Assembly: GCF_009914755.1 (NCBI RefSeq)
Contig: NC_060927.1
DNA from: the human T2T-CHM13v2.0 reference genome, Homo sapiens
Strand: one strand, 5' to 3'
DNA length: 64,000 bases
Of this stretch, positions 1-12,516 are shown one piece after another. Made by a program: the position numbers and the translations under genes. The notes below the pieces were generated by a model. The model was not told where the DNA came from and ran no database searches. It was given only the letters and a program-made list of their open reading frames with translations. Each line of letters begins with the position of its first letter. The first letter of the stretch is position 1.

Positions 1-50
1 GGTTGAACCTCTGGCACCTACTCTGGAGGCATCTGCCCTGGGCCTGCTGA

Positions 51-197
<147 letters not shown>

Positions 198-3100
198 GCC
201 CCAGCTGTGATCATCCAGCATGATGCAGCGTGAGGACAGCTGAGCAGGGACCGGGACAGCCCTCACCGCATGCGTGTGGAGTGTCCGGTGGTGCTCGGGC
301 CGCCGCAGTGCAGCGACTGCCCGGCCCTCCCTCCCCTGCCTCACCCGGTCGGGTCCCGGCTCTTCCTGTGTGGAGGTGATGGTACCTGCCACACCACAGC
401 TGCGCACACAGCTGCTTGCTCAGGGGCCGGGACAGCACTGGGTGCTCAGGCTGGCCAAGGACCTTCATTGCCTGGCAAGAGCTGCCCAGTGGCCTTCATG
501 GGAGAAGGGCTGACCTCTGAGGGGCTGAGGGGTGAGGCCAGGGCCCTCCAGGGGGAGGGGTAGCCAGCTTGGGCTGTCCCCTTGAGACCAGGACAAGAGG
601 CTGGGGGTGTCAGCATTCCCAGCTTTCCAAGCTGCCCCCAGGCGGCAGAGTCTGAGGGTCCCGGGGCCCGGTTGGCAGCTGGAGAAAGAGGCAAAAAGCC
701 CGTAGCCGGGCAAGAGGAGCTCAAGTCGGTCTGGGCCCGTTGCCACCGACTCCCACCTCCAGCACCCATGCCCGCTGCACCGCTGCCATCCTCAGATTCA
801 CCGCGTGCTCTGCGCGGCCGAGGCCGGAGCACCACATCCACCTCGCCCCAGAGAGGCTCTGCTCCCTCCTATGGAGGGGCTGTGGGCCAGGCTGCTCAGA
901 CTCCTGGGTGGCTTCCAGACGGACCGGGCAGCCCCTCTCCGTCCTCAGGGCTGTGCCTCTGGGAGCCACTGGGCCAGGGGCCCCGGGTCGCAGAGAGCAC
1001 GTTCCCGTTATTTATTCCCCTCCGCGTCCTACACAGGCTGCCCTGGCAGCTGTCTTCAAGGGTAGGCTGAGCTCCCCACCCTGGAGCCCCTGAGGGCGGC
1101 CCCTGAGCACTCCTCTCTCTCCACTCTCTCTGTCCCTGCCCCAGCGGCTTCCAGTGTGGCATCTCAGCAGTGTCCTGGCCCCTCCAGAGCAGTGGGACAT
1201 CTGGGGACTGTTTTTGTGTTTAGGGGAAAAAATTCTGCTGCACTCTGCTTGGGCCTTGAGGTCTGTGGCAGGGCTCCTCTGGCCCGCAGTGGCCTGGATC
1301 TATCTGGGCCATGAGTGACGGGCAGTGACCAGAGGGACTGGAGGCCAGCGGTGTCCACCCTTGCCCTCAGCAAGAGAGAATGCATTCTTAAAAGAAAGCT
1401 GTACATGTATATATATGCATATATATATATGTGGCTCTAGCCTCAGGCTCCAGCCCCAGTGGGGTACTGTACAGTTAACTGAAGAAGAATTTTAAAGACG
1501 ATTTGAACAAGAAAATGAAGGCAGTGGGAAAGCAATGCCAAATGGTTGTGGAGAAAGTGGCCGGAGCCTCCCTGGAGTGGAGCAGCCCTGAAGCCTGTGC
1601 CCCCCGACCTGCGGGCCGCTGTTTTGGTTTGACATGACAAGGAAAGGACTTCCTGCTGACCCTGAGAGCCTCTGGGGTGCCGCGGCACCACGGGGCATGC
1701 ATGATTGTGCTAGCGTTTAGTCTGAGTTGATCTTTTTAAAACTGCAAGTGTTGAATACTAGAGGTTGTTAGACCCTTTTTTATGTTTTTTAATTAATCAG
1801 TCACTTGTAAAAGCAAACAAGCGGTCCATCCCCTTTTCAAGGTCACTTTTTTGATGGTACCGAAGATCCCATGGACATTAAGGGACAGCTAACTGTGGCC
1901 AGACTCAGCCCCATGTCCTTGGCCAGGCCCAAGGAGAGGACTCGGCCCCATGGGGTGTGCCAGTCTTGCAGTCCGCCCCAGCTGAGTAGCGTGAGCCAGA
2001 TGACGCCACAGAGACCCGCCTCTTCCCTGAACGCGGGTCGGTGTGGAGTCAGTGACTGCTGACTCAGGGAGCTCCTTGGCCCCGTGGGCACTGTGCCAGG
2101 GCTGGGGCCTTCTGCTGCTGCCACACCCAGCTCAGGCCTGGGCCAGCCCCTGCCCCCAGCCCACTGAGGGGGTGGGCTTACTCCCTGGGCAGTCTTGGGG
2201 GCCAGAGCTGAGGCCAGTCCATATTACAGTGGCTGGGCTGTTTTTTTCAGTAGCCCCTAGCATTGGCTGGGATTCCTGTTCCTGGGTGCGCCTCCACCTC
2301 CCTTCTGATGTTTCCTGGCTATGGTGGGGTGGGAACCTCAGTTTCCCCCAAAGTCTTCCCTGGATGCTGGCTTCAGGTTGAAGTCCCTGGTTCTTCCAGT
2401 TCCTCACGGGTTAGGTAGGGGCTCCTGCATCACCTTCAGAATCCAGTTCCAACCCCCACTCTCCTTAGGCCTTGTGCTCTGCTCTGCCCTGCCAGGCTGC
2501 CCTTGTCCATGTGAGTAGCATGGGCGGGTGGTGGGGACGGCAGTGGTGATGAAGGGGGTGCACCACAGGCCTCATGAAGCAGTTCCCACATGGGCGTGTG
2601 GCTGGGGCGTGGCCACCACAGAGCACATGGCTGTGTCTAGGCGCAAGCACTTTAGCAGTATCTGTTTACATGCGCAAGGATCAAGCCGACTACCTGTGCT
2701 GTCTACTGGGACAGCAGTCTCCGAGCTACTCCGTACCTCCCTCTGCCAGGTCGTGGAGTTAGGCCCCAGTCCCTACTTGTCACTGGTTCCCACTGTGCTC
2801 CTAACTGTGCAGCACCTGGGAGCTCTGGCCTGGGGCTGGAGGCCCTGGTAGGAGCTGCAGTTGGAGGCCGTTCTGTGCCCAGCAGCGGTGAGCGGCTCCC
2901 ATGGGCCCTGTGTCTGCAGGGAGCCAGGGCTGCGGCACATGTGCTGTGAAACTGGCACCCACCTGGCGTGCTGCTGCCGCCACTTGCTTCCTGCAGCACC
3001 TCCTACCCTGCTCCGTGTCCTCCCTCTCCCCGCGCCTGGCTCAGGAGTGCTGGAAAAGCTCACGCCTCGGCCTGGGAGCCTGGCCTCTTGATATACCTCG

Positions 3101-3570
3101 AGCTTCCCCTGTGCTCCCCAGCCCCAGGACCACTGGCCCCTTGGCCTGAGGGGCTGGGGGCCCCACGACCTGCAGCGTCGAGTCCGGGAGAGAGCCCGGA
3201 GCGGCGTGCCATCTCGGCTCGGCCTTGCTGAGAGCCTCCGCCCTGGCTTTCTCCCTGTCTGGATTCAGTGGCTCACGTTGGTGCTACACAGCTAGAATAG
3301 ATATATTTAGAGAGAGAGATATTTTTAAGACAAAGCCCACAATTAGCTGTCCTTTAACACCGCAGAACCCCCTCCCAGAAGAAGAGCGATCCCTCGGACG
3401 GTCCGGGCGGGCACCCTCAGCCGGGCTCTTTGCAGAAGCAGCACCGCTGACTGTGGGCCCGGCCCTCAGATGTGTACATATACGGCTATTTCCTATTTTA
3501 CTGTTCTTCAGATTTAGTACTTGTAAATAAACACACACATTAAGGAGAGATTAAACATTTTTGCTAAAAG
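198..3570 (+). other. PLXNA1: PLXNA1 3'UTR (~3.4 kb)
   Basis: Largely repeat-free sequence from the stop codon to the first AATAAA I found, with AU-rich blocks at ~1370-1870 and ~3290-3570. The end is approximate. Confidence 0.85.
3526..3555 (+). terminator. Tandem polyadenylation signals AATAAA (3526-3531) and ATTAAA (3550-3555)
   Basis: Both hexamers are read directly. Upstream TGTA elements at 3473 and 3522; T/GT-rich sequence downstream of ~3570. Confidence 0.85.
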
Positions 3571-6259
3571 CTCTTGGCTCCAGGTTTTCCTTGCTGGGAA
3601 GCAGGGGCGGCCGCAGGAGTGCAGCCACATCCCAAACACGGAAGCATATCTCCCTGGGAGACTCAGCCACACCCAGGACAGATGGCCACACTCTGTGAGT
3701 TGGGTGCGCTCAGCCCAGGTGACACATTGGAGCCCTTGGCGGAGACTAAAACACCAGTGCCTGACCCCCACTGGAGCCTTGGAGCTTCAGGGGTCTGAGC
3801 GGTGGTCACTTTTAGATGCTTCCCAGGCGATTCTCCCGTGACCCCTAGCTCAGAGCAGTGGCTTCCAGCCCATGCCGTGAGGCAGGAATTCCTGGGTGCC
3901 TTGTTAACTAAAATCAGATTCTGACCCCGAGGGGCCCATGAGCGACAGCCTGGGGGAGCTGAGGCTGCAGTCCTGGGCCCCCCTGCCTTCAGTAGCCAAG
4001 GCTGGAATTGTGTTTCCCAGACTCGCAGCCAAGGAACCGGGTTTGAGAAATGTTGGTCTTTCCAGCAGAGACAGGCTATGCTGCTTCATCTCATGAAAAT
4101 GTGTACAGATACTAATGATGGAGGTGTGGATGCAGCTTCTGCCAGTGCATGGCTTTGGTCAGTGGCCCCGTCCCTGGGCTCATTTCATCCATGGCTCAAC
4201 AGGGGTGGCTGCTCCTGCCGCAGAGGGTGGGTGCAGGGTCAGGTGTGACACATCCCCAAGGGCCCTGGGCACCTGCTCTGCAGCTGCGCCTCCAGGCAGA
4301 CCCCAACCTGGACCGTCTGAGCACTGCCTGTAAGTGAACTCACTGGGACTTCCCGGCAACCCTGGGAGGTTAGGGGCAGCTGCACCTGCAGCTGAGGAAT
4401 TGAGGCACACAGAGGTTGCACAATGTGTCCCAGCCACATGGTGGTAAGCAGCAGCCCGCCCAAACGTAGGCCCTTGGGACCCCAGGCCCTCCCCACCGCC
4501 CCCAAGCTCCCACCTGTCTCCCACCAGCCTCTCCATGAACTCGTTCCCAGGGCTGACAGTGGCCCATAAGTCATCAACAATACCTCCCACTCTCAAACAG
4601 GCGCATCTTGACAGTGGGGCTGCAAGCACAAGCTCTGTGCCAGGCTCAGTAACTCAAGAGAAATCAGTGTAATCACCACGAAATTGTGTCGGAAACAAAT
4701 TTAGCAAATGTGGTCCCGTTTAGGGTGTGACGCAGCCTGTTCTCATGGCTCAGTCCCCTTCAGCTTTTTTCCGGCACAATCAGCCCATCCTCAATTACCC
4801 TCATTAGGCCTCCAAGGGCTCCAGCCCATCAGCCTGGAAGCTGAGCCATCTCTGAGCCGCAATCAGCGCTCGCTGTGCGAGTGATCGGGCGCAATTACAC
4901 AGCAGCGGTGATGGGGCCTTCTGATTGCTGCTTGAGTGCGCTGGCTCCTGAGGGTATTAAACCATCAGCTATTAATGCTGGTGGCTCTGAGCAGGGCACC
5001 TGGATGGGCTTGCTGCAGAGCAAGGGCGAGGCCAGCCTGTGGGCCTGGGTGGGATGGAGGCACCCTCCACCCAGAGCAGATCCAGAGGTGACTTCAGACT
5101 TCCCACCTGGACCCCAGAGCAGCCACAGCTCAAGAGCAAACACAGGCTCTGAGCAGAAATAAAAAGTAACAGGCCAGGCTAAAACCTGATACAGTGACTA
5201 TAGATGGTGTCTTGCCCTGAAGAAAACTGGTGGCATGGGAGGGTGCCCACCTGGCCAAGTGGGCAGGGAAGGCCTGAGGAGGGATGAAGGAATCGAGGCT
5301 TGAGAAACAAGGAGCCAGCTGAGGTGACATCGGAGAGAGCATTCCCTGTGTCCAGAGCAATGGAAGAGGCCAGGTCAGCTCTGTGCAGGGAGGTGCAGGA
5401 GGTGCTGTGCCTTGGGGAGCGAGGAGGGTGGGCTCTGATTCGCGCGTCTGGCAGTCGCGGGACAAGGCCAGAGGAGGCTGGAGACCAAGAGGCTCCTGCA
5501 GGTATCCCCAGGGCCCTTGGCCCGTGGCACCCCTTTGGGGCCTTCCTGGAGAGCCATCAGCCCTGATGGTGGAGCTTTGGGGGCAGATGTGTTCTTTCTG
5601 AGGACAACAGTCATGGAGTTGTCGGTGGAAGTGACTTGGGTCATATCCAGGCTGAGCCTCTAGTCCTGGAGCAGAGCCTCCAGCCAGCCTGCACTGGGCA
5701 CATAGGCAGGTGCACCATAGACCTTTGGGGAATGGGACACGGATGCTGGGGAGTGGTTTCTGCAGCATACAAGGCTGCCGGGCTGCAAGTCAGTACCAGG
5801 ACCAGCCCCATTGTAGAGGGGAGAACCTGGGAGCAGAGAGGTAAAGTCACTACCCTCAAGGACACACCGTTACCCATGGTGGGACCAGGATTCAAACTCA
5901 GACTCTCTACTTCATGCTGCAGCACTCCTCTAGTGGTCTCCATGCTGGAGACTCCTTGAGGACAACACCAGGGCCTGATACCCAGAGTCTGGACACAGAG
6001 CAGAGGGGCGTGAGCAGCTGGCAGTGAGCAATGCCCTGGGGCCTCGGGAACTTTGAGGAAAGCATGTTCTCAGGAGCATTTCCCCTGTAGCCGCCTTGTA
6101 GATGCCGTCAGCCCCTTGAGTCTGCCCCCATGGCTGGGAGACTCACGCACTCTGCCCAGCGTGGGGTCTGTTTGAGAGATGGGCGTTCCAGCCATCGTTG
6201 CTGCATCCGGCTAAAACCACCCTGAGAAGCACCTGAGCACATGTTCCCTGCTGGGTGCC

Positions 6260-6690
6260 CCCCTGCATTAGAAATGATAGAAACTTAAGCTGGCTGAAGC
6301 AAGAAAGGGAACTAGCAGGCTCTTGAAATCAAAAAGTCCAAGGGTGCATCTACCTCAGGCATGGCTGGATCCAGGGGCTCCTGGAGGTCATGAGAAGTCT
6401 GTCCTCCTTCTCTGTCCTCTGTAAGGGCTTCATTCTCAGGCCAGCTCTTCCTAAGTGGGGGGCAGCGATGACCACCAGAGGCTCTAGGTCTACCAGCTGA
6501 GCAGTCCTGGTGAAAACAGGACACCCTTGGTCATCACGCACATCCAGGTAGGGATTTCATTGGCCAATGTTTGGGGCAATGTCTTGATTTGCTATTTGAA
6601 CCAGTCATTCTGGCCTAAAGGATGAGGTACTCTGATTGGTAGGCCCAGGCCACATGCCAGAGGAGGGATTAGTCCATTTGAACAGCAGGG
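6260..6690 (-). mobile_element. MaLR LTR, old MLT1 group (J/K/L-like)
   Basis: Contains CTCAGGCATGGCTGGATCCAGGGGCTC and CTGATTGG...CAGGCCACATGCC, typical of reverse-strand MLT1. Boundaries approximate. Confidence 0.6.
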
Positions 6691-6734
6691 TTTTGCAGAT
6701 TGTGGAGAAGTGCGCAGGTGGAGGGGAGGGTCTC

Positions 6735-7383
6735 CCCACTGCTGGTGGGGAAGGAAAATCATACAGTTCCTGTGGACGAGGTGTGGCAGCTCCTGAAAAG
6801 TTAAGTATAGAATCACCATGTGACCCAGCAACCCCGCCTCTGGGTGAACACACAAAAGAATGGAGAGCAGTGCCTCAGAGACACTTCCACACCCACGTTC
6901 ACAGCAGCACTATTCACAGAGCCAGAAGGTGGAGGCACCCCAAGCATCCATCGACAGGTGAATGGACAAAAAGTGGTGCATCCAAACAATGGAATCCCAT
7001 TCAGCCTTTGAAAGGAAGGAAATTCTCACGCATGCGACGACATGGGTGAACTTGAAATAAGCCAAGCACAAAAAGGCAAATACTGTATGATTCCACTTTT
7101 GTGAGGTCCCTAGAGGTCCCTAGGTAGTCACAGTCATAGAGATGAAGATAGAATGGTGGGCGCCAGAGGCTGCAGGAGGAGAGATGGGAGTTAAGAGTTG
7201 GATGGGGACAGAGCTTCAGTGGAGAAGATGAACGTTCTAAGACGGATGGTGGTGATAGCTGCAGAGCAATGGGAATGCTCCTAGTGCCGCTGAGCTGCGC
7301 ACTTACAAATAGTTAAGATGTTATATTTTATGTTACGTGTGTTTTCCCACATTTAAAATTAATAATAAAGTTTTTAAAAAAGA
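6735..7383 (+). mobile_element. L1MB-type LINE-1 3' end
   Basis: CCATGTGACCCAGCAA, CACAGCAGCACTATTCACA, AATACTGTATGATTCCACTT, GATGGTGGTGATAG and an A-rich terminus. Confidence 0.85.
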
Positions 7384-9003
7384 GTTTGAGTTTCACTGTG
7401 TGGACGCGAATGCCACAGACTGTCCTCAAGCAGGAGACACGCATCATCAGCTGCAGCGATGCTGGCGCCCCAGACTCCCTGCAGCCCCGGCCTCTCCTTG
7501 CTCACTGCCCTAGGGACGCTGGCATCTCTGGCTGCTGCTCACAATGTCCAGGGCAGAGCCTCTCATCTCCCTGCCATGCCCCATCACGGGCTCCCCATCT
7601 TGGCAAAGCCACCTCCATATGGAACCCTCCCAACCCTGCAGAAGCTCCTGCCCCACCAAGCAGCCCCGCCTGGGTGACCTGCCACATGCTGTCTATGGCA
7701 GGCCTGTCCCTCGCTGGGCTGCAGTCACAGGCAGCAGGGCTACTCCAGGACCAGCACCATGGCCTCCACCCCAGGCAGGGCCAGGACGGAGAAGGAGCTC
7801 AGGACGTTCAGAATCCCAGACAGCACGGGTCCTGTCGGCTGTGCCCCTGCCCAGGGATGTCCCCAACTCTCTCCGAATCTGTGCCTCTGCTCAGAATCTC
7901 AGGTTCCAGTTTCCACCTTACAACTCATTGCTCCCAGGTGAACGTTCCTGAAGCCCAGCTTTGACAAATACCTCTTTCCTTTGTTTATGAGACTGTTTGT
8001 ATTTTTTCTAATGGATAGACATTTTCTCCTTACATAACCACTGTGTCATTATCACACTAACAAAATGAATGTTTGCATATTCCAATGTCCTTAACTATCT
8101 CCAACCTGAATTTTCACAGAGGGGTTGCTTGGATTTGGACAAGGCCCCCTGTTACGCTTGGTTTTCTGTCTCTCCTCTTTGGATCCCCCGCCCTCCCCTT
8201 CTGTTTTCCAGCCGTTTTAATTGCAGAGCCAGGTCATGTGTCTGAAGACTTGGACACAGCGGGCTTGGGTGGTGTTTGACAAGTGGCTCCATCCCTGTTT
8301 GCTGGGTTGCAGGTTCAATCTCCCAGCAGGCAGTGCTCCCTGCCACACCTGCCAGGAGGCCCTGGTGAAGTCAGGCTGATCAGGAGTTTGGGGCACAGCC
8401 TTGGCCTGCCCTCGCCTTGGTATCTCTCACTCCATGCACCCAGGTCTTCCGTCTACCTGGACTTTTTCTCTGAAAACACTCTCCTTTTTCGACCGGAAGA
8501 AATTATTCAAATGGAAAACTTGATGGCACTAAGTGGTTACCGTGAATGGGACAGAACCATTCCTAATAGAAGAGGTCTATACAAATAACTACAATAGAGG
8601 TAAAAATAATCTTAAATTCTAGCAAAAAGCTGTTGCTCACATAAAGGCTTTCCTCTGATCAATGGCGAGATGCTAGTGAGATGCTGAAGACCCTGGTGGG
8701 GCTCTGTTCTTGGTGCGTGGATCTCTGGGCTACATTCTACCTGCCGGCTCAGGGGTCTTTCTCTGGTCTACCCTTCTCTCTCTGCGGACATGTGACCTTG
8801 CAAAGTCCACTTCCCAGCCCCCTCCACTGGCTGCCTGGAGTGAGGTTGGGTGGGAGAGAGGAGCCGTTCTCGGCTCCCCTGGCCCTCCCTTGGGGTGGGC
8901 ATCCTCCTTTGTGCTGGCCTGTGCCGGTGACAGCCCCTCCTCCCCCTGCCCCTCTGGCCTGGGTGAGTATGGCTTCCGGCTGCGCCATCCCTTTGGGGTG
9001 CCC

Positions 9004-9424
9004 TGTGTTGGTGACTGGATGTGTCAACTTGCCTGGGCCTCGGGTGCCCAGATACGTGGCCAGGCCTTGTCCTAGTGCTTCTGAGGACGTTTCTGGATGC
9101 GATGAGCGTTTGGGTGGAGACTGAGTGAACCAGACCGCCCTCCCCAGGGCAGGTGCGCCTCCTACATCAGGTGAGGGCCTGGAGAGAACAAAAGCTTGAC
9201 CCTCCTCAGAGGAAGAGAATTTCTTCTGCCTGACAGCTTTTGGGCTGAGACACGGGTCAGACTCGAACTGAAACATGGACTCTTCCTGAGTCCCAAGCCG
9301 GCCAGCCTCCTGGCTCCACTCACGCTCGCCCTGCAGGCCCCGGGACTTACCCTCCATGAAACCACAGGCCAACTCAGAACGATCACCTGTCTGTCTATCT
9401 ACAGCTACTGAGAACCCTGACGCA
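9004..9424 (+). mobile_element. MLT2 (ERVL) solo LTR
   Basis: Begins TGTGTTGGTGACTGGATGTGTCAACTTGCCTGGGCC...GTGCCCAGATA and ends GAGAACCCTGA, matching MLT2 termini. Confidence 0.75.
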
Positions 9425-10839
9425 TTTCCCTCTGCAGATCAGCTTTCCTTCCCCCAGATGCTGCCTGCGGTGGGGGGTCCTACCTGAGGCTCTCACCAAC
9501 CACCCAGACGCTGCCTGGTGTGAGCGGAGCTGGGCCCAGCCTGCCCTGTGCATTCGCTTTCCCCTGCCATGCACTCCCCGGCACTTTTTCTCCTTTGTTC
9601 CACGTGGCTGAGCCTGCCCAGTGGCTTCCACCCCTCCCAGTGGGGCTCTGAGTGGGGCTCACCTCCTCTGGGCCTGGTTTCTCAGACAACTTGGCACCCG
9701 CAGGTGTGCGACATTCCTGTCATTCTTTGCGCATTTGCCAGCCTGAAAGGCTGGAGGGAGGGTGCAAAAACAGTTTTAAGTCCAAGAAAGAGAGCCAGAA
9801 GTCCTCTTGTCTCTTAGTGAAACAAATTCCTTAAAAAGTAGTTTTCAAGACGCAAATTCCTTTTTAAATGATCAGTCCATGAGAACAGAAGGAGCAGGCC
9901 TGGCCAGGGATCCTTGTCTTGCGGCCTGTGCCTCCTGTGATTCGGAGCAAGTCTCTGTCTCTTTCTCAGCCTCAGTTTCTCCACTGTAAAATGAAGGAAC
10001 AATTGTAATGGCCAGTGCCCTCCCCTGCAGGGTGGGGTGGAACTGTGTGATGATTTCGTGCCCTCTAAACCCATGTTTCCTGGAGGGTGGATGCCACCTG
10101 GGACAAAGAAGCCCTCATTCCTCCTGGCCACAGGCCATTGAGACAGAGGGAATGGGGGTCGCCCAACCCTTCTGCTGCCTCATCTGTCAAAAGCAAAGCT
10201 TTGATGGGAAGAAACTCAGTTAACCCTCTACATCTGGCAGGGTCAAGAGTCATGGTGAGGGAGGCCCCGGCTCTCCTGATGGGACTGAGAAAGGTGGGTG
10301 TGAAGGAGAGGCCTGCTTTCTCCCCTAAGAGACAGCACCCCTTGTCTCCTGTGGAGGGGTTAGTGACCCAGAAATTGCCTATGGCTCCTCAAGGGGTAGA
10401 GAAGTGCTGAGAAGCCTGCCAGTACAGCAGGGCCTGGAGTCAGGAGCAGGCTGCTGGGCGGGGCTGCAGAGCCAGCACACATCTAGAAGCCAGGGGCATT
10501 CAGGGCTGAGAAGCAGAGGGGAGAGACAACTCCAGGGAGTACCAAATACACTCTAGTCTATGCTGATGTCATCCCATGGAGTTGTGCAGTGCACAACCCA
10601 CACAGCTGTACATGGTGGCCCTGAGTGTGCTAAGGCACTCCCACAGCAGGCCCACAGAGCTGACCTCCCCTTCCCTACTGCCAAGAAGACCTGGGAGCTT
10701 TGCATTAGCCCCCAGTGTCATCTTGGGAAGAAGGAAGAAAAGGGAGAAAGATCCTGATAGGAAGTTTAACAGAGACCAGAACTTACCATTTTCCCACAAG
10801 AGACTATGAAAACAAGAGAGATCATTTAAATAGCACTAG

Positions 10840-11147
<308 letters not shown>

Positions 11148-11574
11148 AGATTAAGCTATTTTCAAAGTTTGGAATGTTGTTCCTGCTTCCCAGTAGGACA
11201 GAAGCTTGGGAGCAAAATTAGGTAAGTTACATACAATTAAGAAGCTCCATTAACAAAATGCCTGAGCAGAGCTGTGTACATTCTCAGCCCTAGAGAGTCC
11301 TGGCTCAGGTGCAGGTGGAGGGTGGGGGACACTGCTCCTCCTGCCCTGCCAGCAGCGAGCAAGTCACACCCCCAGCAGACACATGGGGCCCGATTGGCCA
11401 ATCAGAAGATCCCTTCCTCCAGTCAGGGCTCAGCATGCCACTCCATAGGGACATTTTCTTCCCCTGAAAAAGAGATTCCTCCTTTACATAGGGGGGAGTT
11501 GGTAAACCAAGAACTGCTGGAGGCCACTCCATGAGCCGAGGAGAGAAGATAATTCAGAGGAATTCAGAACCGAG

Positions 11575-11943
11575 AGATGGGGAGAGAGGGAGGGAGCGAA
11601 GGGAAGAGAGAAGGAGAAAAAGAGGCAGAGGAGGAGAGAGCGATGGGGAGGGAGAAAGGGAAGGAGAAAGGAAAGGGAGGGAAGGACAGAAAGGGAGAGA
11701 GGGAGGGAGGGAAGGAGAGAAAGGGAGAGAGGGAGGGAGGGAAGGAGAGAAAGGGAGGAGGGAGGGAAGGAGGGAGAGAGAGGAAGAGGGAGGGAAGGGG
11801 AAAGGGGAGAGAGAGAGAGAGGGAGAGGGAAGGAAAGAGAATGAGAGAGAAAGGAGGAGAGGGAGAGGGAGGGAGGAAAGGACAGAGGCAGAGAGAGAGG
11901 GTGGGTAGAGAGGAAGAGAGGGGAAGGGAAAGAGAGAGAGAAA
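11575..11943 (+). repeat. Polypurine (GA-rich) tract, apparently expanded within an old MLT1 LTR (~11290-12045)
   Basis: About 370 bp of almost only G/A, with the local repeat AAAGGGAGAGAGGGAGGGAGGGAAGGAGAG. Flanks resemble MLT1 (GAGAGATGG ... CTGGATCC ... TTCAGTTAC ... GCCTAAGCCAG). Confidence 0.85.
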
Positions 11944-12074
11944 GTTTAAACTTCTGGATCCGTGGTGTCTAAAGACTAGAACTGTCGGGGCATTCAGTTA
12001 CGTTTGCCAAGTCCCATTTCTCCCTTTGCCTAAGCCAGTCTGTCACTTGGGACTTACAGAGGGCAGCTCTCTGC

Positions 12075-12325
12075 TGTGGCTGTTGAGCACTTCAAATGTG
12101 CTTCGTCTGAATTGAGATGTCCTGTGTGTGCAAAACACACATCAGATGTAAAATATTAAACATTTTAAATGGGTCACATTTTGAAATTATAATGTTTTGG
12201 AGATATTGGATTAAATAAACTATGGTATTAATTTTACCTATTTATTTTGCTTTCTAAAATATGGCCACTAGAAAATTTAAAATTAAGCTCCTGGTTCATG
12301 TTGTATTTCCATTGGACAGGGCAGG
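12075..12325 (-). mobile_element. MER33 (hAT-Charlie) DNA transposon
   Basis: GTGGCTGTTGAGCACTTCAAATGTG, TGGCCACTAGAAAATTTAAAATTA and terminal ATTGGACAG match the MER33 reverse complement. Confidence 0.75.
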
Positions 12326-12516
12326 GCTAGGCCCATTTTCTGGGTATGAAAGAATATACGTTGTAATTTTGTGTGGGGAGGGGGTTGTCAGCTGCTTCTA
12401 AAGAGAATGATTTCTGTGAAGCAGAGTGGGGCTTGGCTTTCTGAGTAGATAATGGATCTCATATGCAAGTTTGGGGTTAGAACCGAGGAAGAGAAGAAAT
12501 GCTTTGCCTTTTTGTT

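Noticed and set aside
198-3500. Many overlapping ORFs in the first 3.5 kb
   Set aside because: They lie in the GC-rich PLXNA1 3'UTR and show no protein family resemblance.
5158-5163. Distal AATAAA as an alternative PLXNA1 poly(A) site
   Set aside because: Isolated hexamer with no clear upstream TGTA or strong downstream GU-rich element; it cannot be supported without 3'-seq data.
11531-11972. E/R/G-rich ORFs here, and P/G-rich ORFs at 22330-23095
   Set aside because: Artefacts of low-complexity tracts that lack stop codons.
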